Part shown: positions 23,601-37,565 of the stretch, in pieces
Position numbering within the stretch: position 1 is the stretch's first letter
Layout of the letters: each line of letters opens with the position of its first letter
Origin: the human T2T-CHM13v2.0 reference genome, Homo sapiens
Direction: 5' to 3' (one strand)
Length of the DNA: 64,000 nt
Assembly: GCF_009914755.1 (NCBI RefSeq)
Contig: NC_060934.1
Translations under genes and position numbers: made by a program
The notes under the pieces: model-generated
Databases searched by the model: none
Seen by the model: only the letters and a program-made list of their open reading frames with translations
What the model was told of the DNA's origin: nothing

Positions 23601-24131
23601 ATAGATTGGAATCAAAATGAAGTTGACTATAAATACTTCCAGAGTGGAAGTCTTGATTGATATATCTTTGAATCTTTAATATTTATCAAATAATTACAAT
23701 GTGGTTGAACCGATTTGTGGTTTTCAGTTAATATCACTTAATATTCATAATTAGGATTCTATGACTATTTGAAGGGTATATCATGACCTGATCTGTGTTA
23801 GGATAAAATAAATGGTGGGATTGGGAGAGGTATCAGATACTGAGACAGAATTTAACATGTTCACAGAGATTCTGAGACAATTGTCTAACAATCTATGGAT
23901 AATAAATTCTTTAAATTTTGAAAATTTACCAAATTTTCAAAAATGTACTTTAGTTGCTTAAACATATAAAGCAATATATATGGCATAAAACGATTTTTAG
24001 TGACTTTTAATAATATCTACCAATTTTTTGCTAAGAAGATTTTTCTTAGTTCTCTCAGCAGCATTTACATCAATACTCGATTTGTGAAATGATAAAAATC
24101 ATAAGATGGTTTGGTTTTCTTAGGCATATAT

Positions 24132-24402
24132 ATTTTTATTTTTTATTTCCATAGAATTTGTGGGAACAGGTGGTATTTTGTTACACGAGTAAGTTTCTTA
24201 GTGGTGATTTGTGAGATTTTGGTGTACCCATCACCCAAGCAGTATACAATGGGCCCAATTTGGAGTCTTTTATCCCTCACCCACTTCCCAACCTTTCCCC
24301 TGGAGTCTGCAAAGTCCATTGTATCCTTCTTATGCTTTTGCATCCTTATAGCTTAGCTCCTACTTGTGAGTGAGAACATATAATGCTTGGTTTTTCCATT
24401 CA
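24132..24402 (-). mobile_element. L1PB1-like 3' end
   Basis: gggaacaggtggtattttgttacacgagtaagtttcttagtggtgatttgtgagattttggtgtacccatcaccc; perfect 15-bp TSD ttcttaggcatatat at 24117-24131 and 24403-24417. Confidence 0.93.
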
Positions 24403-25003
24403 TTCTTAGGCATATATTTAATATTTGGGAATGTTTGTTTCATAATGTATGTGTAACCCAAATTTCAGCAGAAGACTGACACCACAACCCTGCTATATTC
24501 ATTATGAATATAAAATTGAAGAGAAAGGTTCCAACACAGCTACATAAAATTGAAATGCCAAAGTTTTGGTTATTATTGCTAGAAGTACAAAATTAAATCA
24601 CATATGCTACTTGAGAGTTTGCCAAATTATAATGTAAGTAATTACATTTACATTCCAGGAAAATAATATATAAAACATCTGAAAAATTCAGAAGTTGCTG
24701 AAACAACCCTATATCAGATGAAACACTAAAATGTTGATTTCTAACAAGGAGCAATTGGAATATATCAATGTGGCAGTTGACTGTAGAGGGCTTTAGCATG
24801 GAAGAGTAAGATGATCAATGCAGAAATAAGGAAATGTGAAATCTTAGAAAGTATCATATAACACAAACTGTGACTAGCGTTTTAGTTTATATGCTGATCA
24901 TAAATATGATCTTTTGATTTTTCAGAGCTTTTTCAATATTTGGAAGGCAAATAAGGTATTTTGACCATAAATATGGAAAAAGGATCAAAAATTAAGTAGG
25001 CCA

Positions 25004-25135
25004 GATGGATACCCCATTCTCCACAACGTAATCATTACACATTGCATGCCTGTATCAAAACATCTCATATATCCCCATAAATGTATATAGCTACTATGTA
25101 CCCACAAAAATTAAAAAAGGAAGTTTTAAAAAAAT
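25004..25135 (+). mobile_element. L1MA (MA2/3-like) extreme 3' end
   Basis: gatggataccccatt..cattgcatgcctgtatcaaaacatctcat..ctactatgtacccacaaaaattaaaaa. Confidence 0.85.
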
Positions 25136-25454
25136 TAGTCAAAAATGCTAAAAAGACTAAAAAACAAGTATGGAAGATACATTTTTAAAATGACAAAATA
25201 AATATTATAGTAAATTTTGACTACTAATTACTATAAATTATTAATAAATATGGTGTTTGAGATATTGACAAAGTAATTCTTGAGATAACAGACAAAAGCA
25301 TAAAAATAGAACTATGGAAACTGTCTTCAGAGATTATTTAACACCAGTCAATATAAACTAACACAAGCCCTTATGGTATGCTGAAACTTTTATTACTGGT
25401 TAAAATATATTGTCTGAGTATTTTATGTGTGTGTGTGTATAGTTGTTATTGTCA

Positions 25455-25715
25455 TTTTGAAATGGAGTCTCCCTTTGTCACCCAGGCTGGAGTGCAGTGG
25501 CATGACCTCGGCTCACTGCAACCTCTGCATCCTGACTTCAAGCAATTCTCCTGCCTTAGCCTCCCAAACTACGCCTGGCTAATATTTGTATTTTTAGTAG
25601 AGGCGGGGTTTTACCATGTTGGTCAGGTTGATCTCAAACTTCTGACCTCAAGTGTTCTGCCGGCCTCAGCCTACCAAATTGCTGGGATTACAAGTGTGAG
25701 CCACCACGACTGGCC
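25455..25715 (-). mobile_element. AluS (Sx/Sz-like) with ~25-bp internal deletion and eroded tail
   Basis: gaaatggagtctcc..cctccca|aactacgcctggctaat..gagccaccacgactggcc; the gtagctgggattacagg block is missing. Confidence 0.95.
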
Positions 25716-26179
25716 TGATTATTATATAATTTAATACAAATTTTGGTAATAAAAATAAAGTTTTAAAATAACACATTTTATAGAAAACTGGTAAATTGGC
25801 CACTTTTTGAATTGGCCTATTCTTATACTGAGCTAATCCCCTATTTGGTTGAAGCATATAACAAGAGTTTAAATTTAATACATACATTGCTGCTAATCAG
25901 AAAGGTAGTAATACAGCGTTTATTATTTTCCAAAGCTCTGTTATATTGGCAGATGTAGAAAAATGAGCATCCAAGGTCTGCAGACATAAGTGACAAAGAG
26001 AAATGATCACAAAATTATTTTTGGTATCTAGGGAGATCACAATGTATGAATGAAAAAGCATAATATGTATATTGAGTAAATTGTTTCTAATGGTTTTATT
26101 CTTGCTGAGTTCTTAGAAGGAAATTTCCATCAGCTGATTAAAATGGCAATAGCTCATCTCCACCCTGGATACTGTCCCT

Positions 26180-26345
26180 TTCAGTAATATATAACCTGGA
26201 GAGACACAAACATAAAGTGATTACTGCAATAGAAGGTGGAAAATGCCTCTTAAAGAGGATATGAGATTATGGAGGATGTGACATTAGGCCAGGGTACACA
26301 CTGATGTTATAGAAAAGGTTTCCCAGAGAAAATATCTGAGCTTTC
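26180..26345 (-). mobile_element. Degenerate L2 fragment
   Basis: ggagagacacaaacataaagtgatt..agaaaaggtttcccagagaaaatatctgagct. Confidence 0.4.
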
Positions 26346-26416
26346 TGCCAAAAGAGAACTCCTACAAAAAATATAAAAAGAAACTGTGGTAAAGTGTTTG
26401 AAATAAGTTTATTTTA

Positions 26417-26752
<336 letters not shown>

Positions 26753-26829
26753 TTATTTTATTTTAGTTAATTTGGTATACAGACAGATACATAAAAATCT
26801 TAAAATGCCACACTATCAATAGTATTACA

Positions 26830-27112
<283 letters not shown>

Positions 27113-27131
27113 AATATATATATATGTGTAT

Positions 27132-27180
<49 letters not shown>

Positions 27181-27333
27181 CACACACATATACATATATA
27201 TACATATATATATACACACACACATATATATATACACATACATACATATATATACACACACATATATATACACATACATATATATATACACATACACATA
27301 TATATATATACACATACATATATATATATATAT
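27113..27333. repeat. ~220-bp compound (TA)n/(CA)n/(TACA)n microsatellite in place of the Alu tail
   Basis: Read directly; lies between the Alu body and its 3' TSD. Confidence 0.95.
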
Positions 27334-27444
27334 AGTATTACAAATAACTGCTCCCATTGTTGAATAAAAATGCCATGTTGAGTTTGTAGAAGAAATCTCA
27401 TAAATCTCACCAGCCCACTTCATGTGTGTATTTACCAAATATAA

Positions 27445-27712
27445 ATCAAAAATACCTTCCTTGTATTCCTAAAATTAAAAAAGCTCTGGAAAAAAAAAGA
27501 TTTTTTTTTCACTAAAATTGTTTTTAAATGCATTTGGCAGCAAAACTTGAACTGAATAGACAGGTTTTCTAGAAAAATATTAATGGGTATGATGTGTAAT
27601 ATCTGTCAGGAACCCATCAGGAGGATTACATAATTTATTGGATATGCATCATATTACATTTACAAAACGTTCTTTTCAAGTTTTAATTTTGAAACATAAC
27701 TGGCAGCAAATG
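27445..27712. mobile_element. Old DNA-transposon relic (probably TcMar-Tigger class), interrupted by MER52; apparent continuation at ~29315-29337
   Basis: aaagctctggaaaa..catttggcagcaaaacttgaactgaa..atatgcatcatattac..tgaaacataactggc, then aaagattatggacttgta after the LTR; family recalled from memory only. Confidence 0.45.
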
Positions 27713-27716
27713 TTTA

Positions 27717-29310
27717 TGCCACAAGATCTTTGGGGTGTTGTTTTTATGGCCAGAAACCTCTGTGGCTGGATGTGCTTTTGCCCAAGTTTTGCTCAGGCCC
27801 GCTGGGTTCGTTTTGCCCACTTGGCCTGGCAGGCTGTGCTAGGCTTATGCTACCAGCCTGGGTCCCATGCCTGCCAAAGGCGAGTCAGGCATAGAATGGC
27901 GAGGGGTGTGTGAGCAAGCATGGGATCTGGCCACTGCACACAGTCAGTCATGAGAGCTGCTGCAGCGGGACGGGCAGCTCCTGATGCTAACATAGGCACT
28001 GACTCTCTGCAAGGCTGTGGCCAAACCAGGCACACCACAAGCAGCTTCCATGGCTGGCACCAGGGAACATGGTTGCTCCTGGAAGCTTAGAGATGCCAGA
28101 AACTCCAGGGCCCCAAAGAGGGAGTCACAGCCCTGACTCAGGGGGCTCCCAGAGGGCTGCAACTCTTCTTTCCTTCTCTTCACCCACAATATGGTGAGCA
28201 AGGGGCATGTTTCAGCCCTATTTGTGTTACAGTTATTTTAGCCTCCTTTGCTCCTTCCACGGTAACCAAGTTATTGTCCTGTGCCCAGGAAGAATGAGGT
28301 ACATAGACAACTGGAGAGTGAGCAAGACAAAAAGGAGCTTTGTTGAGTGATAAAACAGTTGAGAGGAAACCCGCAGGGGGAGCTCCTTTCTGCAGCCAGA
28401 GTGTCCCAATGAGTGTTCAGCTCCTAGGAGAGTGGAGACCCTGGAGTGGACAGCTCCTCTCTGCAGCTGATCATCCTGACATCTGCTGCTCTCTGCAGAG
28501 AGGAGGCCATGGTGTGGGTAGCTCCTCTCTGCAGCTGATCATCAGGACATCTGCCCAGCTCTGGCTGATCCCAGGGCTTTTATGGGCCTCAGAGTGGAGG
28601 TAGTGCATGCTGATTGGTCCATTAGTGGCCACGGGCAGGCCAGAGAAGGCACAACAAGCCCCCACTCTGGTCTGCAGAACTGGAGCCCAGCCCCCAGCCT
28701 TCAGGCACTCCCTGGCCTGAAGGTGGGGCATTACTGGGGACCCACCCCCTTCCACCCAGGAAACCTGTCTACCTTCTGCTGCCTCCATGGTGCCTATGCT
28801 GTAGATGCCAAGGGGCACCTGCAGGCCAGTTCCAAGCTATGTTAAAACCCCATCCACGTTTCTCTTAGGCTTGTCACTGGCCAAAGTTTGGAAGGGGCTG
28901 AGGCTGCAGGGGGCTGGCATGTCAGCACTGACCCAGTGTGTACACACACACCCGGGCTCGGGCCTGACTTTACTCCAAGAACAAAGCAAGTACCAACAGC
29001 AGGGAGAAGCCAGGCAGTGGTAGCAGGCATTTTCAAGCTTGCAAGGGCAGGGGAGGCCTTCCCAGGCCTCTAAAGGTGCAGGGATGCCTGGTTCTGCAGG
29101 TGCAGGAGCAGGAGACCCAGGTCTGCAGCTATGATGTGGGTATCTGCAGCTGCATCCAGGAGGATGGGACTCCTGCTTGCTCTTGGCTCTGAGAGCACAG
29201 GGAAGCCAGGGTCCACAGCCATGGCTTGGGCAGCTGCAGAGGCACCTGGGGAGCTCCCATCCCAACTCAGAAGAGATGGGGCCACTCCTGATGGTTAGCC
29301 ACTGTCATCA
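27717..29310 (-). mobile_element. ERV1 solo LTR, MER52-like (~1.6 kb, GC-rich)
   Basis: Termini tgccacaagatctttggggtgttg.. and ..ccactgtcatca (TG..CA); 4-bp TSD ttta at 27713-27716 and 29311-29314; internal ~70-bp repeats agctcct(t/c)tctgcagc at 28381, 28452, 28520. Confidence 0.88.
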
Positions 29311-31084
29311 TTTAGAGTAAAAGATTATGGACTTGTATGATTTCATAGCATCCTGCATCAAAAATATTTTCTCCAATGTTCTGAAGCATGATAGGCTCAA
29401 ATAAGCTTCCACTCCACAGAATTCTTAAATTGCTCTCAGATGAATTCTAGTGAATATCACAAATATAGTATCTGAGGATCTTTATATTGCAAATCATTAG
29501 TCCTGAATTGTGATTATTGAAGTAAGAGTTTAAAAAAGAATTTAAAATGTTATTCTAGGAATTAATTTTTTACTCAGAGAAATATGATCATCCTGCAAGG
29601 CCCAGAACATTAATGTGAATTTTTAACCAAGGCTTCCTGGTGCTTTCCCTGTGTTCACTGAGTAGCATTGACATAGGCTATGTTCCTTTTCACACTTGTC
29701 AATAGCAGAAGTCATTTGTGGCTCCTGAAAGCAAGAATGTATACTCTGGATATGCTTGGTTTAGATACATTAAAATCAACTAATGGCAATTTATAGGGAA
29801 AAATAGATTCCTTCCTACAAAGAGGGTGTTTTTTCATAGGCAAATAAACTGTTTGAGGAATAGAAACAGTATCAATTGCACATCTTTCTTCTTTTCCAAT
29901 TGCGATAGTTAAGATTCATGCACAATGATTAATACATATGATTGTATTTAAATAGTATGATTGTAAGAAATATTTTTATAATAGTTTGTCATTTATCAAC
30001 TATCTGCTTATTTGACAGATGCTAATGTAAGTGATAGGGATGCAGAGGTAAACTCAGTGGCCACTAAACTTCACAGTACAGAGGAAAGAGGTGTGTGACA
30101 AACACGAAACAGAAAATGCACACTTCAGATATGAGGGTATGGGGCAGGAGGAACTGGGGCAGAGGCTTCAGACATCAACATTTTTATTGTAAAAAGCACA
30201 ATATCACTTTCTAACTCAGGAAGCAGTACTGGACAGCCATCTCTAGAGAATAGAATACAAGATAGTCTGTGTAGAATGTAATCAAAGACTTCATACTCTA
30301 AAGCTGTTGGAGAAATATCCCAGAGATTGAAACCAAAATGAGCTTTTCATAGCTCCAAAATGTGTTAGATATAATATGGTCATAAGTGCCACTTATATAA
30401 ACATTTGCCCCTATTTTATAGCTTCCCTAATATTCAAGCCACAAAGTTTATGCCCTGATATTTACTGATCTCTATGTATTGACTTTTGATCACTCACCCT
30501 GGCTTGTTAATTAATTTTATCCTTAACATATTTATATTGTTTGGGTTCCAGTATTTCAGTCTCTACCTCTAGACCTGACATGTGCTTCATTGAATGTGCG
30601 TCTGATGATCCTGTGCATATTCTTACAAATACTGTAGTCTACGGATGTGACATTTTTGGACCTTTGGACTATGTTACCACCTCTAGGTATCTATATCATG
30701 TGAATAATCAAACATCACAAGAAATCCAGTGATAAGAACTGTTGTGGCAGATCCTGGACCTTATTCTAACAGCTTTCAATTACATATTCTCTTTAATTTT
30801 GTGCTGTTTTGTTTTTGTTTTTTTTACAGTGAATATTTCCTTCTTATCCTTAAATCTGAAAAATGCTGACACAACCCTCTGAGGACTTTACTAGAGGAGG
30901 AATGTCAGAACTAATCTGCAGGTCGTAAGTGTGCACTTTCTGTTCAGTGCTTGTTACATACCCATTGCCTCAATACTGTGGGTTTAGTGGACATTGAATT
31001 CACCTCTGCATCTATATCACTTATGTTAGAATCTGGAAAATAAGCACTCAGATATTTGCTAAATAACAGAAGAGTCATAAAACC

Positions 31085-31285
31085 GGTTTATAGAATCATA
31101 TACTATTGACATTAAATGAACTCATAAATATAAACTAATTCTAACAGTGAATTTCATAGAGATAAAAATCTCAAAAATGTGACAGGATTTGCACAAGGTC
31201 TCCCATTTCATTTAATAATGGCTGAATCAGAAATAAAATATAAAATACTTAAATCTTAATTTAGTGATTCCTCACAACATATTAT
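31085..31285 (-). mobile_element. MIR (MIR3/MIRc-like)
   Basis: atttcatagagataaaaatctcaaaaatgtgacaggatttgcacaaggtc..atggctgaatcagaaataaaa. Confidence 0.55.
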
Positions 31286-31310
31286 TCGTTATTTTATTTG
31301 ATTTAAATAC

Positions 31311-31607
31311 TTTTTTTTGACATACAAGGTCTAACCCTGTCACTCAGGCTGAAGTGATGTGGTATGAATCATAGCTCACTGCAACCTCGAATTCCTGGGA
31401 AAAAGAGATTCTGTGCTTCAGCCTCCCGAGTACATAGGATTACAGGCACGTGCCGCCATGCCTGGCTAATTTTTTTTTCTTTTTTTTTTTTTAGAGATAG
31501 GGTCTTGCTATGTTCCCAGGATAGTTGCAAACTTCTGGCATCAAGCAATTCTCCCACCTTAGCCTCCCAAACTGCTGGGATTACAGGCAAGAGCCAATGT
31601 GCCTGAC
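31311..31607 (-). mobile_element. AluJ
   Basis: J-type motifs atcatagctcactgcaacctcga, agggtcttgctatgttcccagg, tcaagcaattctcccacc; highly diverged. Confidence 0.93.
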
Positions 31608-31679
31608 TGAATAACTTTTAAAGTTGAATTTCAACAATAATTATTTCACTCTTAGTGCATGCTTGCTATTCCTTATTCA

Positions 31680-32230
31680 TTTTTACATTTTTAATTCACA
31701 AATAAAAATTATATAAATGTATGGGTTACAATACAATGTTTTGATACATGTTTACACTGTGGAATGATTACATAAGCTAATTAACATATATTTTATGTTG
31801 TGAGACATTTGAAATTCATTCTCAGCAATTTCGAAATGTACAACGCATTATTACTAACTAGGGTTATGTTGCCTGTGCAATAGATCTTGAAAACGTGTAT
31901 GTCCTGTCTAATTGAAACCTTATACCTTCTGACTAGCATCTCCCATAAGCACAATTCTACTCTCTAGTTCCAGGAATTAAAGTATTTTCAAATTCAAAGT
32001 ATAGATGTGCTCATTCATTATTTGCCTTTCTGTGCCTAGCTTGTTTCACTAAGAATAAAGACCTCCAGGTTCATTCATTTTTTTGTAAATGACAATTTCC
32101 TTCTTTTTGAAGGCTACATAATATTCCGTTGTGTATACATACTACGATATCTTTGTTGATTCATTCATTGATAGACACTTCAGTTGATTCCACGTCGCTG
32201 CTATTGTGAAAGGTGCTGCAATGAACATGG
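31680..32230 (-). mobile_element. L1MA (MA6-8-like) 3' end
   Basis: ttgatacatgtttacactgtggaatgatt..aagctaattaacata..gtgcaatagatcttgaaa..gctgcaatgaacatgg; degenerate TSD ttgctattccttatt (31663-31677) / ttgctactccttgtt (32231-32245). Confidence 0.88.
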
Positions 32231-33577
32231 TTGCTACTCCTTGTTTGTATAGCTGTTAGGAAACTATTTTAAATCCATTATCTGTCCCTTCATATAGTGC
32301 CCTAATTTGCAAATCTGGGATTAGGCCCTGATAATGGTGATGTTCAGTGAATCGCAATCACATGTCTTAGCTCCAGTATATTTTTAAAGTTTAAATTTTG
32401 GTGTTCTGTAGAATTCCTCCTCCCATATTGCATGGGAGTGCTTCTTTGTTAGTCAGAATGCTACCAGGATGGCAACATTATGTAACCACCAGATGCATAT
32501 ATAATCTTCACATTGATAGCTTTTAATAAACTATATAGTTATCTATATTTAAGTAATAATAATTTTATCCTACCTAGGTTTGTTTTATAAATATTTTGAT
32601 AAAATAATTATATATACATATGCATGCATAACTATATAATTTATAATGGGTAACGTCTGTGTGGTGAATGGCATGACATTATTCCATGTATTTTAATTTC
32701 AGATTAGAGTAGCTTATTTGAAAACAATAACTACTGAAGAATTTTATATACACTGAATAAGAAAAGAAAATGATAGGGCCACAATGATATAATTCCTTTT
32801 TATAGAATTTTGCTCCTAGGTTTAAAGGAGACATATACACATAGCTTTATGTATCCTGTGATATTAATATGGTAGTTAAATCAGCATGGCCCAGGTTAGT
32901 AGTGTATCATTATTCCTCAGGGTAAAGTGCTCTTTGTATTATCTTCTTCTAGCTATGTCTCAACTGAATTCATATCACCACATTTGCTTTTTATGGCTCT
33001 CCCTTGCCTTCACATTTTTCTTGTGTGAGAAGAAATATGAAGCTGATTCCGTTTGTAAAGACACTTTAATAACTCTCATTTATATGTCTTACTTTCTCTC
33101 AAATTAATATTCATAAATCCCAAATCTAACTAGTAATAGTTCATTTCCATTACAATGAGCAAAATCCTTTCATATTTGTCCTTCTCACCCACAATTTTTA
33201 TATCTTCTTTTTCCCTCTCACTCCCTGTGTATGCTTGTCCGTAGAAACAGAGTGTAAATTACTTCTTATAGGACTTCGTTTTCTTTCTGAAAACTCTTCT
33301 TCAAACATTTGTCTTTTTCCTATAAAACTTTTTAGTTAAAATTCATCTCATTTTGTACATGAACATAACTAAAAAATAATTGCCTAACTCCAGAGTACTG
33401 CTTTATAGCTCATCTCCTTCCCCGAGCTTTTTCTAGTTCTGTCAGGCAGTTTCATTTGTTCAGTCAAATATAGAGAAACCAACATTTATTGATCAACAGC
33501 AGTGTTCTCCATGTACTTTTGATATAAGTGTATCTGTTTTACAAAGAAAGGTTAAGTAATTTGAAACCTCAGAAAGG

Positions 33578-33670
33578 TTAACTAATTTGTTCAGGTTCAC
33601 ATAATCAATAAATTTGCTATGCTGATTATGGTACATTTATTGATTATGTGAACCTGAACAAATTACTTAA
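33578..33670. repeat. 36-bp inverted repeat (1 mismatch, 21-nt spacer), MIR-derived
   Basis: ttaactaatttgttcaggttcacataatcaataaat (33578-33613) vs atttattgattatgtgaacctgaacaaattacttaa (33635-33670). Confidence 0.95.
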
Positions 33671-33994
33671 TAATCTGTAATATAAAGTCGTAGTGCTACT
33701 TGTATATCTCCTTTTCATGTAAAGATCTCAGGATTTTTTTCTGTTCCAAATAATGTAATTCTCCAACCTTTTTTCTAAACTGCTCATACTCTTAAGCATC
33801 TATTCCCATTAATGAATGCATGTAATAAACTATGACAACTCAGACTTACCATGCAACTCCAGCTATGATCTGGTCAGTGCTAAGCAAAAATGGTTTGTTT
33901 CTTTCATAGTTTGGAATAATATATATCTACATGTTTGTATGCATGTGTGTGGGGGTGTGTTTAAAATTATTCTTTTCTTTCCTTGTTCTACTGA

Positions 33995-34624
33995 GTTTTT
34001 TAAAAATGCAACTTTTATTTTAGATTCAGGGTACATGTGCAGATTTGTTTCATGGGTGTATTGTGCATTGCTGAGGATTGTGGTACAACTGATTCTATCA
34101 CCCAGGTAGTGAGCATAATACACAGTAGGTAGTTTTTCAGCCCTTGCCCCTTCCCCCTCCTCCCACTCTAGTTGTCCCCAGTGTCTATTGTTCCCATCTT
34201 TATGTTCATGTGGTATACCCAATGCTTAGCTCAGACTTATAAGTAAGGACATGAAGTATTTATTTTCTGTTCCTGCATTCGTTAGCTTATGACAATGGCC
34301 TCCAGCTCCATCCATGTTACTGCAAAGCACATGCTTTCATTCTTTTTTTATGGCTGCATAGTATTCCATGGTATAGATGTACAACATTTTCTTTTTCCAA
34401 TCCACCTCTGATGGGCACCTGGATTGCTTCAATATCTTTGCTATTGCAAACAGCGCTATGATGAACATATGATTGCATATATTTTTGGTAGAACAATTTA
34501 TTTTTCTTGGGGTGTATACCCAGTAATGGAATGTCTGGGTCATGTGGTAGTTCTGTTTTAGGTTCTTTGAGAAATCTTCAAACTGCTTTCCACAATGGCT
34601 GAACTAATTTTTATTCACACAAAC
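33995..34624 (-). mobile_element. L1PA15/16-like 3' end
   Basis: ttttattttagattcagggtacatgtgcag..atcacccaggtagtgagcata..ggtagaacaatttatttt; TSD tctactga at 33987-33994 and 34625-34632; ORF2 relic ICNHMFIIALFAIAK..YIYTMEYYAAIKK. Confidence 0.92.
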
Positions 34625-35066
34625 TCTACTGAAAATTTGAAGTGGATGTTACCAACTTTGTCTAATATATTGGTTATTTGTGGGCAGATTGAAAACACTG
34701 TTTGGATGAAGCTTAGAGGTAACTGAGTGTCCTAGGCGATCATTAAGGCAATTTCTCCTACTATTTTTCTTACAGAATTTATTTATTAAGCACAATAGGG
34801 AATCTTCTTTTTAATGGTATGTTTTAATTTAAGTGCTCTGTCCCAATAATTTAATTTAGTATTAACCAATCTGATTCATTTATTTTATAATACTCATTGA
34901 GAACTCTGTTTCTCTTCTCTTTAATCTAGAGAAATGAAATCATGAAAATAACTGTCCTTATACTATCATTCTCCTTTAAAGATTTTGAAATTCAGTCTCC
35001 CTTGTAATGTCCATCTCCTGGTCTTCTGGAGTAACATATCTACAGAATCAAAGTAAAGGCAGATGC

Positions 35067-35690
35067 ATTGATAGACTGCTAGCTAGATTAACCAAGAAAA
35101 AAAGAAGATTCAAATAAGCACAATCAGAAATGATAAAAGTAACATTACATCTGATCCCCAGAAACATAAAAGATCATCAGGCACTACTATGAGTATGGCA
35201 CATGGACAAACTAGAATACCTAGAGGAAATAAATAAATTCCTGGAAAGATACAACCTCCCAAGTTTGAACCGGGAAGAAATAGAAATCCTGAACAGACCA
35301 ATAGTGAGTAGTAAAATTAAATCTGTAACAAAAGATTTCCTAAGAAAAAAGACACAGGACCAGATGGATTCACAGCCATATCAGGCATCAAAGGAACATA
35401 CTTCATAATAATAAAGGCCATATATGACAAATCCACAACCAACATCATAGAGAATGGAGAAAAGTTTAAAGTATTCCCTCAAAGAACTGAACAACACAAA
35501 GATTCCCACTTTTACCATTCCTATTGAACATTGCACTGGAAGTGCAAGCCAGAGCATTCAGGCAAGAGAAAGAAATAAAAGACATCCAAATTTGAAAAGA
35601 GTAAGTTAAATTATTTCTGTTCACTGATTATATGATTTTATACATAAAAACCCTAAAGATTCCTCCAAAAGACTCCTACATCTATCACAA
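35067..35690 (+). mobile_element. Internal L1 ORF2 fragment (linker and RT), with a large internal deletion near 35378
   Basis: KLEYLEEINKFLERYNLPSLNREEIEILNRPI; ggaccagatggattcacagcc joined to aggcatcaaaggaacatac; decayed FADD region ttcactgattatatgatt. Confidence 0.9.
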
Positions 35691-36342
35691 CTTTAAAAAT
35701 ACATAAACAAATACTCTTTGTAGTTGCTTCTCTCAGGAAATGACATTTTAGTGTGCATCTTTCAGGGAAGTGCATAGAGCTGCTAGGTAAATACACCTTC
35801 AGTTAACTTTAGGAGTATCCTTGACAAGACTGGCTACAATGATGTTAAGTTATATAAATTTCAAGTAGTTTTGGACTCAATTTGTTCAAAAAGAACTAAA
35901 TATATAATAACTTCTAAAGAATCTTCAGAGATGGAATATGAATAATAATTACATCATAGTTATATGTCTATATACATCATAGTAATACATCTATATACAA
36001 TGCATACCTTTTTGTAGGAATATAAGATTTAAACAATGCACACAGATAATTACAGACAAATTCAGTAAAAATGCAATCTCTTTACCATAAATGTTTCTAG
36101 GAAACATTTGACTCATTTACTTTTTCTCATGTAGATGAAATTGTAAAAAATTAAAATAATTTGAAAGTTTAGAGCATATGTTGGTAAAAGTCTGAAAATA
36201 ACATATAAAGTACAACAATATAAAACCTCATGTTCATTAAAATTATTTGTCAATATAGAGGAGGAGAGGATTTGTGGGAAAACAATTTTATTTTAGCTGA
36301 GAAGGTGTGAATAGTTTTTATGCCCATTTGATCATAGTTAGC

Positions 36343-36792
36343 TGCTACAGCTTATATGCGGCTTGTCCCTCCCAAAACTCAGGTTAAAATTTGATCCCCA
36401 ACGCAGCATTGTTGGGAGGTAGGGTCTAGTGGGAGCTGTTTTCGTCCTGGTGTCTGGTCCCTCATGAATAGATTCAGGCCCTCCCAAGGGGTTGAGTAGA
36501 TTCTGACTCTTTCAGGAATGAATTAGTTCCCTTAAAAGTAGGTCATTTAAAACAGCCTGGCTTCATTGGTTTCTCTTTCTTGCTTTCTCTCTCATCATAT
36601 GTGCCAGTGGGACATGCTCACTGTCCTTTCACTTTCTGATAGGAGCTGAAGCAGTATGAGGCCATCGCCAGATGGAGTTGCCCAGTCTTGAACTTTCCAG
36701 CCATCTGAATTATGAACCAAATAAACCTCTTTTCTTTATACATTATGCAGCCTCAGATATTATGTTATAGTAACACAAAATTAACAGAGACA
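36343..36792 (+). mobile_element. MaLR solo LTR, MSTB/MSTC-like
   Basis: tgctacag..cccaaaactcaggttaaaatttgatcccca..ccaaataaacctcttttctttata..agaca; TSD ttagc (36338-36342) / tcagc (36793-36797). Confidence 0.88.
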
Positions 36793-37116
36793 TCAGCCAT
36801 TTTTGAAAGGATACAAATAAAATTTTATCTATTATAGTAACTATAAACATATTGTAGTAGAAACACCTAAAGTATACCACTTTATTTATTTTCTAACATC
36901 CCATATTATTATCATCAATGTTCCTCAAACTATGCTTAAGCTGTATTTTTCATTAAATGTGTTATCCTGTTTTAACCTTTTATAGATAGTTTAAGTTATA
37001 ATGATGTTCTATGATTAATTTTACGATGGTAGCATTTTCCTATAAATGATTAACAGCTAGCTTTGAAAGAGGGCTCTAATTTTTAAGATTTATTCTATAA
37101 AAATATATTTGACTGA

Positions 37117-37565
<449 letters not shown>

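Noticed and set aside
27638-29285. Dense cluster of 60-142 aa ORFs on both strands
   Set aside because: Essentially confined to the GC-rich MER52 LTR, where stops are rare; no gag/pol/env motifs.
33995-35690. Opposite-orientation L1 pieces as a possible second twin-primed insertion
   Set aside because: The minus-strand 3' end is already closed by its own TSD (tctactga), and ~440 bp of unrelated DNA separates the two pieces.
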